Assembly (NCBI RefSeq): GCF_001194135.2
Contig: NC_068981.1
Span: 156,295,176-156,359,175, forward strand
Direction: 5' to 3'
Origin: Octopus bimaculoides
Lineage: Eukaryota
Length of the DNA: 64,000 nt
Shown: piece by piece, positions 25,447 through 37,487 of the stretch
Position numbering within the stretch: the stretch's first letter is position 1
Layout: the number at the start of each line of letters is the position of its first letter
Notes under the pieces: generated by a model
Database searches by the model: none
What the model was told of the DNA's origin: nothing
Seen by the model: the letters and a program-made list of their open reading frames with translations, nothing else
Position numbers and translations under genes: made by a program

Positions 25447-27529
25447 TCACCAGTTTGATTTCCACTCATTTAGTTACTTATTTTTGCTAAAAATTTTGTT
25501 GTGTCTTGCAACCTTTTCAATAGTTGTTGACTCTGTCCATTATCAGAGATGTGTTCTTTTTCTTTGTTTGTGCACGTGTGTATACACGTATGTATGTATG
25601 TATGTGTGTGTATGCATGTGTTTACGTTTGTATGTATGTATTCTGTTTATTCATGTGTTTGTGTGTTCATGCGTTTGTGTTTGTGTGTGTACTTCTGTCT
25701 CCTTGTGTGTCTATGTGTATCGGTTTGTGTGATTGTACGTGCATCTCTTATGTATTGATGTGTGTTTCCATATATGTGTGTGTGTGTGTGCGTGTGTGCG
25801 CTTGTCTGTCCATATTACCTATGTACCTATCTATTTATCTGTCTGTTTACTTACATATCCATTTACCTACACGCATATATATAGACCACCCACCATCACC
25901 TCGGCAGTGAAGAAAAGCACCACAGAGCACTGGAGTGGCTGGACTATACCCACCCAGGACGCTGAGGACAGCAGTCAGGTGAAAAGAATGACTGCACATG
26001 CAATAGGGGCTAGCATAAGAACCACATAGTAAAGTTTAACAGGAATCTATACATGCAGGTTCAAGATGTAGCCATTGGTGTTGGTGTGGCTGGCCTCTTC
26101 ATGACCTGATGAGACAGAAAACTTAAACAATCCTTAGCAGAACAATCCACAACTGTTTTGCTTTACTGTAGGTATATAGATGACATTAATATTCTAGTTA
26201 GGACAAACTCTAATAACTGTTATGTTGAAACCGAGAGGAGCACAATGGAGGGTATCCAGCATGTAGCTAACTCCATCCACCAAAGTATCAAGGTAACTAT
26301 AGATTACCAGACTAGACACCCTAACAATAAACTCCCTGTCCTTGATACTGAACTTTAGTTAAAGACTGAACAACAGAGTGCAGCTCCTCCACTCCTATTA
26401 CATGAAGCCCATAGCTTCTAAATATGTTGTTCACAAGAACTCAGCTTTGTCACAAAACATGAAAATCAACATACTGATGGCAGGCTTAGTTAGGATAATG
26501 AACAATGTGTCCCCGCTATGCAAACCCTATGAAATAAAGAAACATGTACAGAACTTCATGCAATTCTCTGGATATGATTAGAAAAATAGGGTTCGAGTAT
26601 ACAGGGGAACTAGAAAGAAGTTAGATAGCATTATATGTAATGAAACCAACGGTACCTGCTCTACATATAGAAGTAAAGACTGGAATAGGATACAAAGAGT
26701 TTGTCACAAAGGAAACAGGGTCAACACGTGGTACAAGACTGACAAATATCAAAAAGTAATTTTTGTAGAGGCTGCTGCCCATGGAGAACTAGCCCAAAGG
26801 TTTAGGAAAGCTCTGAAGGAGGCCAAACTTAATATTAAGATCGTTGAAAAGCCAGGGAGCTCCATCAGATCACAACTATGTAGGACATACTCCTTTGAGA
26901 ATACAACATGCACCAGTGACAACTGCATAATATGTAAGATTTAACCCTGGCATTAACTGTAGAACTAGAAATGTGTTCTACAGCATAAGGTGCATAAAGG
27001 GTGCTTGTAAAGACAAGAACATGATATACATAGGTGAGACATCTAGAAGCATTGTAGAGAGACTAAATGAACATTTGAGACAATATGACGACAAAAAACA
27101 GTCCTCTATACTCTACCGACATGGATGTACACTGGGTCAACTTGACATCTGCATTTTATCCAAGCTTTCGAAGGACCCAACACTCAGACAAATAGAGGAG
27201 TACATCCTCAGTAGTAAATAGGAAATATGCATAGAACGTAGTCAGACCCCAATACCTACAGTTTATATATACACAGGTAGAGTTGTTAGTAGGCTGTTAG
27301 GTAGACATATGTTTGTGTGTGTGTAGGTAGATGGATATGTAAGTAAACAGGTAGATAAATAAGTTCACACATACACAAATGAAGACCGAAACACATGACC
27401 ATATATACACACACACACAAGGACACATGGAGACATACATCCATACATAACAGACGCACATACATAGTCTCATAAACCCATACACAGACACACACATAGA
27501 TATGCAGAATACATACAAACGTACACACA

Positions 27530-27571
<42 letters not shown>

Positions 27572-27735
27572 TACACGCACAAACATACATATGTGTATAC
27601 ACATGCGCACAAACAAACAAACAAAAAGAACGCAGCTCTGATAACAGACAGTCAGCAACTATTGAAAAGGTTGGAAGACGCAATGAAAATTTTAGGAAAA
27701 ATAAATAACTAAATGAGTGGAAATTGAACTGGTGA
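25447..27735 (+). mobile_element. Decayed Penelope-like element (RT + GIY-YIG) flanked by ~420-bp inverted pLTR-like arms
   Basis: RT motif YCRYIDD (26158-26358), thumb region (26378-26581), Cys-rich linker CTSDNCIIC, GIY-YIG VFYSIRC...IYIGETSRSIVERLNEH (26973-27221); many stops and frameshifts. Arms 25447-25872 and 27321-27735 are reverse-complement homologues. Confidence 0.88.
27659..27695 (+). ncRNA. Decayed minimal hammerhead-like motif, U3:A8 core variant, in Penelope 3' pLTR
   Basis: cta-TTGAAAA-g-gttg-(gaagacg)-caat-GAAA-at-TT-tag; the inverted copy at 25487-25523 has the perfect gttg/caac stem. Confidence 0.45.
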
Positions 27736-27878
27736 GTGTGTTAAATAATAAAGCACTAAAAGAGAATGACTCTCCCCAGACACAATAAAATATGCTTCAA
27801 CACACAAATTCACATAAAGAATCTTGCAAACCAAATACAAAAATGAAATAAAAAATTATTGTTATGTACATAAAGTAA

Positions 27879-28065
27879 GGTGGCAAGCTGTTGGAAACGT
27901 TAGCACACCAGGTAAAATGCTTAGTGTTTCATCTGTCTTTTACATTCTAAGTTCAAATACCACTGAGGTAAACTTTGCCTTTCATCCTTTCAGAGTCAGT
28001 GTAGTTGACTTATCCCCACTCCCACTGAAATTGCCTGCATTGTGCCAAAATTTGAAACTAATATT
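27879..28065 (+). mobile_element. Family-1 SINE
   Basis: ggtggcaagctgttggaaacgttagcac...aagttcaaatacc...ttgcctttcatcctttc. Confidence 0.7.
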
Positions 28066-28604
28066 ATGCAAACAAAGTTGTTTGCTTAAGAAGTTTGCAT
28101 TTCTACATCTTTGTTTCAGGTTTTATTGCACTGCTTGGTACCTTGGGCAGGTATCATCTATTGTTGTCTCAGGTTCATTTACTCACCATGAACAGAATTA
28201 CATTGACAGAAACTGGAAGAATACAGAGTGTGTATGTATAATTATACTGGAAGAATGTTATGTGCACATAAAAGTATATCTTTTCATATTGTGATGAATG
28301 TAAACATCACTAAGGATAGCAAAAAGCTAGTGTTCTTTGAATGGTGTCTTGTAATGTTTGTTCTGCATCAATTTGCATAGCTACTCCTTTAGCTCTTGTC
28401 AGAAATGCAGTTAATGAGGTGTTGGGAAACTGCAACTATCAATACTTTTGTTCATCAAGTGTAATATAAAATTTTACAAAAAAAAAAAATAAAATAAACT
28501 TTTTATGAGATGTTTCTTTCATATAAAAATTTGCAAGCAATACATTTATCAAATTCATAATGTGCTTTACAAAATAGATGATGCTTAAAGCTGGAAAGTA
28601 TAAA

Positions 28605-28813
28605 CCGTAGTCATGGCCAGTGCCAATGTCACGTACTGGCATGTAAAAAGTACCCATCACATGCTTGGAGTGGTTGGCATTAGGAAGGGCATCCCAGCCA
28701 TAGAAATCATGCCAAATCAGACTGGAACCTGATGTAGCCCTCTAGCTTACCAGTTTGAGTCAAACCATCCAACCCATGCCAGCATGGACAGCAGATGCTA
28801 AATGATGATGATG
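28605..28813 (+). mobile_element. RTE-tail copy
   Basis: ggcattaggaagggcatcc...catgccagcatgg...aaatgatgatgatg. Confidence 0.7.
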
Positions 28814-29571
28814 TGATGATTGTTTTGTGACTGTTATTCTTGCATTCTTTTATTCTTTTACTTGTTTCAGTCATTGGACTGCAGCCATGCTGTTGCTGCC
28901 CTGAAGTGTTTAGTGTTATTTTTTATTTGGTATTTATTTTCTTGCTCATTTTTTCAACCACTAAGTTACAGGGGCATAAACAAACACCAGTTGTTTACTG
29001 AGTGTCAGTTTGTCAGCACAAACATATAGACATGTATATACACACATGTACATACATGCATACTCACACAAGCAAATGAGTGAGTGAATGAATGAATGCC
29101 AAACCAATAGGGATGATGTGAAGGAGATGTATTTAGTTGTCATGTCTATCAGGTCTGATGTAAAAGTTCCATTATTTTATCAAGATTCTCTGAAACCTGA
29201 TTTGCTTATGTAGACGTCTATGTTTGATATAATGATTGATTTATCTGCTTTATAATGATGTTGGTATGTGCAATAAGAGCACATTATTAAAATCAACCTT
29301 CCTTTAATATGACATCATTTTAATGCCTTCAAAAGACAAATATAAATATCAGTTATTGTTACTTATACTCTGTGATATTTAAGGGATATATTTAAAAGTT
29401 GTTGATAATTCTGTATTCTTTTAATGATTTCATCATTATGTTGTAGTTGTTGTTTAGTCTCAGAAAAAACCTAATGGATCAAACCTATGGTTAGAAGACC
29501 TTCAAACTATTACCATCCCACAAAGTATTATCTATGTCTTCTATTATTCAAGCTAGTAGATTTTGGATGTG

Positions 29572-29573
<2 letters not shown>

Positions 29574-29621
<48 letters not shown>
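29574..29621. repeat. (CT)n microsatellite
   Basis: Direct reading. Confidence 0.95.
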
Positions 29622-29626
<5 letters not shown>

Positions 29627-30704
29627 CTTTTTCAGAGAGAGACTGAAGGAGGGAGAAAAACCAAGAGTTTGGCATCACACACATATTTTCAAACGTTCCA
29701 TATACTGACACTTGTACAAATTAATGTAATTCTTTTATTACTGACACTACCAATTCACCCCTGTCTCTCTCAAATTCTTCTGTTAACAGATAGTAGGGTG
29801 TGGTTTGAGGGAGATTTGGTTGCTTTCCCCATGAGATGCTGAATAATAATAGTTTTGTGGATGATCATTTTGTAGTTTCTGAATACAAGATAATATATAC
29901 AGACAATTCAGATTTATAGATTTATATATTTCCAGATGACCTTCAGAGTTAAACTAGAGTAGTTTTATTTCCATTACATTATTTCAATAGTGTTGTTCAA
30001 TAATATAAGGATTTAAATGGCAAATATTTTTTTAATTGATTACATTGTTACAGACTCACTTATCGCTACAGATGTTTACATTTTATTCTCATTATTTCTG
30101 CTAACTCTTTAACACTTCATGTATGGAACTTGTGAATAAATGAGTTGCCAAAAGTATGCTGAGAGATGGAAGTCATCAATAACCTATTCTAATTGTCTCT
30201 GTATTGTTAAATGTATAAAAATTCCGTAAACTTTTACCCTATTTCCCTACTGTCTTTAGGCACCCTATTACTGAATCATTAGCCTTATCATCACCATCAT
30301 CTTTTCACCATCTATTTTTATATACTTGTGTGACTTAGACAGGATTCATTTCATGTGGTCAAATGCTGTTCCTGTCTCAAACATTTAGCTGTTTCCAAGC
30401 AAGGTGATACTTACTCTAATTTGGATATGTTTTCATAAGAGATTAATCTTTCTCAAGCCTTGACTGGATATTGTTGTCATGTGAATGTACTACGTAAAAT
30501 ATATATATATATATACATTCAGCTGTATTTCTGAACTGGGAATAGTTGTATGGTTAAAAAGTTTGCTTTGCAGTTTTGTGATTTTAGATTCAGTACTTTA
30601 GTCAGTTACCTTCTACCATAACTGTGTGTTGCCCAAAGCCTTGTGATTAAAATTCAATAGACAGAAAGAGTGTGGAATTCTGTAAGATGAACCTGGCCCT
30701 TAAA

Positions 30705-30955
30705 GGTAAAGGTAAAGTTACCTTCTCAAATCATTCCAACTCAGAAGGGCTGGTTTCATGGTATATATATTCCCCACTTGAACGAGATGCTTGTCCATCG
30801 CAGGGTTATTCATTTTTGCCAGCTGAGTGGACTGGGGCAACACGAAATGAAGTGTTTTGCTTAAGAACACAATGCGTTGCCCAGGCCAGGAATTGAAACC
30901 ACAATTTTACAATCATGAGTCCAACATCCTAATTGCTAAGCCACATGACTCCACA
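30705..30955 (-). mobile_element. SINE family 3-related copy
   Basis: tttttgccagctgagtggactggggcaacacgaaatgaagtgttttgcttaagaacac...ggaattgaaacc. Confidence 0.55.
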
Positions 30956-31677
30956 ACCCAGCCCTTAAGTGTCTTTAGCAGAGTTCACTAAGTTGCAAGA
31001 ATTTAGGTTAGGTATTCGTTATCATTCAGAAGGTAGCTTGACATCACTGTTCTATTGAGTGAACATAGCCTTTGCTCTGATCCTGCAATTCCTCTCACGT
31101 TACCATTAGAGAAAAGTAATGTATAATCACAACTACTTCTGTCAGCCACCTTGAACATACAGTATGTTGATAGGCTAAAAACCAATAAACTAACATGTTC
31201 CACGATGGTCTAAACCTATGCCCCTAAGGATAACTTCCTCTCTTCCCCAACTCACAGAAAAGTTCATAGACACTGTCTTTCCTATTTTGATTAAAGCATT
31301 AAAAAAATGGGAGAAAGACTATGGTTATGGCTGTAATTGATGTATTAGTGAAAGCCTGGGATCTAATGGTTACGATGTTTGGCTCAAGATGTTACAATTG
31401 TGGGTTCAATTCTTGAACTGGGTGACATGTTATATCCTTGAGCAAAGCACTTCATTTCATATTGCTCAAGTCCACTCAGCTGAAAATAAGTAAAGCAACC
31501 GCTTGAGTTAACTTTGCAGTATATTAGCATTCTGTCATCCAAGAAGCAGGATGGGTACATTTAAAGATAGGCGTTGCAACCACCTGGTACTCTGTTCCCG
31601 CTATGAAAGAGCTATCATGATAGCCAAATTGCCCCATTTACCTTGACTTGATGATGTATAGGAATGAAGATTTATAT

Positions 31678-31868
31678 CAGGGGTCTTGAAAGTGGTCAAT
31701 ATTGACCCCTGGGGGTCGATAGGACTATTCAAGGGGTCGATTAATACCTGAAACTCCACATCTACTTAGTTATTATTTATTTATTTTCTTGTACATGCCT
31801 GGAGGTTGATGAGGGGGGTCAAGGATTCCATGAAGGAGTCAATGGTCTAAAAAGTTTGGGGACCCCTG
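31678..31868. mobile_element. hAT-type MITE (191 bp)
   Basis: caggggtc...gacccctg termini, perfect 8-bp TSD atttatat (31670-31677 / 31869-31876). Confidence 0.85.
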
Positions 31869-33011
31869 ATTTATATAAGAGAGTGCATCAGTTCTCTAAG
31901 TTAGTTACTAAGATGTTACTCAATATTAAAAAAATACTAATTTCTTGAATTGAAAGCAGACCAGCCAGCATGGAACACAGATACCAAATGAAGATGATGA
32001 TGATGTAAAGCTTGCTGTATTGACACCTGTATATTATGGTATTTATTTTATCTACTTCTTGGGTAAAACAAATCTCTGGATAGTTGTTTGCACAGTCTAA
32101 TGACTGAAACAAGTAAAAGTCAAAACTGTTAACTGCTAAGAACTTCTGCAGCTGTCCCACTGAAAAGAAAGCCGAGTTTCGTGTCCAATGAAGGAAATCA
32201 AGAGAGAAGATGGAGATAAGATTAATAAAAGTTTATTAATACATTGACAAGACCAGACCTTATAATATTAATAATATATATGTATGTGCCCATATTGCTA
32301 GGTATTCAATCAGTTTAATCTTGGATATTTTTATCTCTCCGAGGTTTATATCCTCACCTGTATTTTGATACACACACAAACGTGTGTTCTTCAGAGCAGT
32401 GCCCCAGTATGGCCACAGTCTAATGACTGAAACAAGTAAAAAGGTAATGAAATAAGATAGTTACCAAAACATATAAAGAAAATGCAAAAGCAGGTGGAAA
32501 ATCCCTCAGGTGTTGTATACTCACTATGTATCCAATGAGACACTACTCCAAAATAGATATTGATATATATATATAATGAAAAGAGTGCACATTATAAATA
32601 TAACAGTGCTTACACACACACGACAAGGTTTCATAACTGTTTCTGTCTATCAAATTTCATTCACAAAGCATTGATCAACCTAAGTGTGTGACAAGACATT
32701 TTCCCAAATACGCAGTGAGAAGAAACCTTAACTATGTGGTTGAGAAGCAGGCATTTTAATAGCAAAACCATTATAGTCTGATATTTCTCTCTGTGGTCTC
32801 CTTAATAGCCAATTGTTTGTTGTATGAATGACATTTATTAACCAGCAATTTTCTTAATCAATCAGTGAACAAACTTAAACATTCTCTTTAAAATTATTTC
32901 ATCGCCACTTTGGCAAATACGATGAAGTCTATACTTCACTGAGGAGGATATAATATAGCCAATACATATCTGGAGTAGCCACCTATACTTGCTGAAATAA
33001 ACTAATTAATG

Positions 33012-33572
33012 GGATCTATTTTAAAACGGGGACCACATTTTTCATTAATGTTTTACGTAGTGTTTTTGGTATGGAAAGACTTTCAAACTTCGTATACTTA
33101 TCTATTTTGTGTTATAGAACAGAAAAATATTTTTGTATTCGAATTTATTTCATGTAAAAAATTGTCTTATTTCGATAATTTCAACCAATCACTGACAAGT
33201 ATTCAGTTGTTTAGATTTACTCCTTTGGCTGATTAAGCGATGTAAAGCGTATTTAATCTCCATACCTTCGTTTTATTTGCTTTTTCATTTTAAATTTGCT
33301 TTAACCCTAACCCTAACGTTAGGGTTAGGGTTAATTGTTTCAGAATCGTTTGTTTATGTAGTCGGCACTTAATGTATATCGGCTGAATGGACGTCAGTGA
33401 TTGGTTGAAATTACAGAAATACGACAACTTTAACATGGAATAACTTATGGATTTCTTTTTTTTTTAAGAAGACTAAGAGAAAAATATGTTTTATATGACA
33501 CATTCTACCAGTGTTCCAAGTTTCAAAGTGTTTCGTTAATGAAAAATGTGGCCCCCGTTTTAAAAAAGATCC
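33012..33572. mobile_element. Merlin-like MITE copy 2 (561 bp)
   Basis: Near-identical to 9533-10095 (roughly 13-15 differences by eye), TSD aattaatg/aattaata (7/8). Confidence 0.8.
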
Positions 33573-35199
33573 AATTAATATTATTTTTTCCTCATCAGAT
33601 AATCATTTCTTGTTAAATTGTTTAAGGTTCCCAACATTAACTATGTTAATGGTAACTTAAATTTTGCTCACGCCATAACAAGCACGTGATATAAACTCTT
33701 CCTTCAATCTCTCAAGATATTGGAGCACTTTTGCAATTGATTCCAAAATAATAACTTCGATGATTTGATTCAAATACCTCTCCATTAGTTGTAATAGCTT
33801 GATTTCTACTTATTAACTCACAAGAATTAGTTACTTTTTTCAGCTATTATATCTGACAAAAATACTGAACTCAAATCTTTTGTTTTGGTAGTATAACAAT
33901 CCAAACTTTCTGATTCTCAACAGTAACATCGTTTTATAAAAAGTTTCTTATCCACTCTGCTTAAATTCTTAAGAGTGGTACTCTACTCTTTGCATATATA
34001 AACTCTTCTCAAGCCTACTGAAAAGTGTAAACAAAATTTAATTTAACGGGTTAATTCAGTTGATAATTTACGACCAAATCCTTAGAAACAAGGACCATAA
34101 ACAAACACTGCAGTCATAAACAAAAACAAAAAAAAACGCTGCTCAAAATAGTTGCTCTATTTATTTTTGCATAGTATTTATTTCGGTATATTTTGCATGT
34201 ATACTATTTATGCAAATAAATAAACTTTAAAAAGACGTTAAAATTCACCAGTGCTCGGCGAAATTTTTGCGCAAAAGGTTTTACGAAATTATAAGAAACT
34301 ATAATCACATCACCCGATGCACCATATATGGTCATGGAGTGGCGCTAACCATTTTCAAACGGTTTCAGTATAATGTTGTTTCTAAAACGCACAGCTAATA
34401 TCACAGTCTAAACACACAAAAGAAAGGAGTATTTAATGGTGCTATTAAAAGGTATTTATGTATAAATGGATAGAATGATATCAGAATATTTTATTGTTTG
34501 TATTGAAAGTTTATCCATTACCGGTGTTAACTAAAAACATTTTCCTCGTTGAAAATGTTTAACGCAGTTTTCTGTATTTCTCCTATTAAAAAGGAGTCTT
34601 TCAAAAAATTTCTTATACTACTTAAACTATCTATGTCAGTGATATCAGAATGTCTATAAACTTCTTGATCGTATTTTTTTCTTTTAATTCTTTTTTCTTC
34701 CATCGTTCTCTCGGCAACCACTGTGACGTTTCTGAATTTACTAAGCCCACTCGTTATTTCTCATCAAATTAATTTCAGTGGAGCCAAATTAATAAATTTT
34801 CGGCATATTTAAAATAAAAAAAAAAATATCCCTTTTAATTTCTATATAATCTTAAGTCGCATTTGCTTAATTAACGCTTTGGTTGACTGCGCCGTATATT
34901 TGTAATTATAAGTTATGTTCAGCTAATAAAAGTCCAATTTCAACTTTTCTGTAGTTTGGTTTACAAAAGTCTACACTGAGTGTTTGATGTACTCTTGGTC
35001 AAATTAAACAGAATCCAGAATTTGTTGTTGATAAATAATATAAAATCTAAAACCTCTGTTTGTATTTTCTGTTTTTTTAATTTTCTTTCCTTGATGAACA
35101 AAATGATATTTTGTGGGAGGGTAACGTAAACAAATTCTGTACGTTATAGGTAACACGGCATAACTACAGATTTTTGCCCCCCCCCCCTCACCGATTTTG

Positions 35200-36360
35200 G
35201 ATGATCATAACTTTCAGAAAAATGAATACTTTTTTAATGAAATTTTCTACGAATATGTGTTTTATCATGTAGATTCCGAATATACAAAAGTTTTTGGGGA
35301 ACATGTTTTAGGAGAGATGGGGTGGGGATTTCGGAAAATTCACTGCAGTCCAATTCGCCTTAACTTTCAAGAAAATGGATACTTTTTAATGAAATCCTCT
35401 ACAAATATACCTCGCACTATGTAGATTCTGAGGACATAGGAATTTTTGGGGAAAACAATTGGGGGTTATTTTGAGAACCGTTCCCCACTCGGGGGTGTTT
35501 CGGAATAAGTCCATATTTGTTTCATTTTGTCCGTTTTGTGCGATTGTGCATCCGTAGATTTCTACTGAAGCAACAAATGGGCTATAAAAGCAAACAAAGC
35601 CCTCCCCAGAAAACTTATGCTAAAAATAAGAGCTAAAGGTCTAGTATACAGAAATATGTTAAGGCGACTTATCTGTTGCATACGATTTTTTTCCACTTCA
35701 AGTAAATTCCCTGGTGTAAACATTTCTAATAGAAAGGCAGAAGACACCAGAAGCAAAAATAAGGAATATACACGCACCGTTAAATATAGAAGTGTGACCT
35801 ATAATTTGTTACATAATGGGTACTACTAAAGCAGCACGGTCCCGTCCGCGCTAGCTAGTCGTGAGTGGTCGATCCTAACCCTAACCCTAAACATGTATTC
35901 ATTTGCACACGCGGGTTAGGGTTAGGGTTAGGATCGACCACTCACGACTAGCTAGCGCGGACTGCGCGTTCGGGACCGTGCTGCTTTAGTAGTACCTACA
36001 TAATCTCTATAATAGACATGATATTGAATGGAATAATTCCCATTTCAACTTTTCTAATTACATGTATATATGTGTGTGTGTGTGTGTGTGGTAGAAATCT
36101 ATGGAAGCTCAAAACGGAGAAAATGAAACATGGACGACTTGTTCCGAAACAACCCAGAGTGGGGAACAGTTCTCAGAAATAACCCCAATTGTCCCCCCCC
36201 CCAAAAAAAAGATTCCTATGTCTTCAGAATCTACATAGTCCGAAACATATTTGTAGAGAATTTCATTAAAAAATATCCATTTTCTTTGAAAGTTAAGACG
36301 AATTGAAGTGGACTCCGGTGAATTTTCCGCAATTCCCCACCCAACCCCCTCCTAAAACAA
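35200..36360. mobile_element. Foldback-type DNA element remnant with ~150-bp subrepeats; inverted arms 35305-35540 / 36105-36360
   Basis: Arms are reverse-complement homologues (~80% by eye); motif ataactttc..aaaatggatactttttaatgaaattttctac repeated; same family at 63650-64000. Confidence 0.55.
35819..35996. mobile_element. 178-bp hairpin MITE with inverted (CCCTAA)/(TTAGGG) repeats
   Basis: 72-nt arms pair perfectly apart from a 9-nt insert (35963-35971); ggtac...gtacc termini; tacataat duplicated at 35810-35817 and 35997-36004; CpG-rich. Confidence 0.82.
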
Positions 36361-37236
36361 AAATAAGGAGTTTGCATCATATTACAAGGTCAGGGTACTT
36401 GATCCCACGCAAAAAATCCGAGGGTTTTTTTTTTTCTTTTTCTCAGTGAAAATTGTGCAGGTGAAAGGATCGAATAATAACAAATTTTTCCTCAGCTATG
36501 CATTTCTTTCCCTTCCTCGATCATTCGTTTCCTTTTCCTGGAACCTCTCTAGAGGGGGACTGATGTAGTGGATTCAATCATCGATCGCCAAATTTCACTT
36601 AACAGTTAAACAACACTTTTCTCATGGTAAAACAGTAGTTTTTCTCTGTGTGACAGCAGTTACATTTACCAGATGCCTTCACTAAGCAGAATAATATCTT
36701 TGCCACTTGACCCTTCTAACCTCTTCTATTTCACCAAAAGTTAGAATAGAGATAACAGAGCTCCGACGAAATTCATTGTTCTCAACGATATATCTATCCT
36801 AACTAGTTTGTATAATTATAAATACTAGAACACTGTAGGAAAAAGTTAGTTGGCAAAAAGGAGATGACACAGAAGCAACCACAGACAGAATACAATTACT
36901 GAGATAATTCAACTGAAAGAAGGCTTACAGTGAGAATGTCAACTATGATAGTGTCTTATCTCAACACCACTGCTGTTTAAATATCAGGCACAATGAAGGT
37001 ATCATTTTATAGACTTCCTACACTTAACATTCACTCTATCTTCTATAAACAGCAACAGCATACAAGAAAAGATAACTCTATTGTTTTTTATATGATACAC
37101 ACACCTGCCCATCAAGGCATAGCATTATACAAAGTAATGGTAAATAAGTATTTCTTTACAACTTCAATCACTGTTCTTCTTCCATCTTGCACATCTGCAG
37201 CAACAACCGTTAAACTGGTGACCTCTGATTCCACCT

Positions 37237-37240
<4 letters not shown>

Positions 37241-37280
<40 letters not shown>
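37241..37280. repeat. (TA)n microsatellite upstream of the first GLIS2 coding exon
   Basis: Direct reading. Confidence 0.95.
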
Positions 37281-37283
<3 letters not shown>

Positions 37284-37487
37284 TCAAACACAGGATAATG
37301 CTAATAATATAGCCTGAACAGGATAAACTACCCCTATTTTTCAGAAATAGGGGTAGTTTGAGAATTTAAAATCACTTCTTTAACTTTCTAAGACATCTCA
37401 ACACTGTCATTTAAAATAAATTTATTCTCTCATGTAAAGTTTTCCACAAAATAATATTTATTTAAATTATGTTGCAGAACAACTACA

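Noticed and set aside
26106-26120. CTGATGAGACAGAAA as a canonical hammerhead
   Set aside because: No room for stem II, and it lies inside the PLE RT coding frame.
27824-28294. 156-aa ORF
   Set aside because: Reads through a family-1 SINE; no coding signature.
33301-33334. Interstitial telomere / chromosome-fusion scar
   Set aside because: The order is CCCTAA then TTAGGG (fusions give the reverse), only 2-3 units, and it lies inside a TIR/TSD-bounded element present twice.
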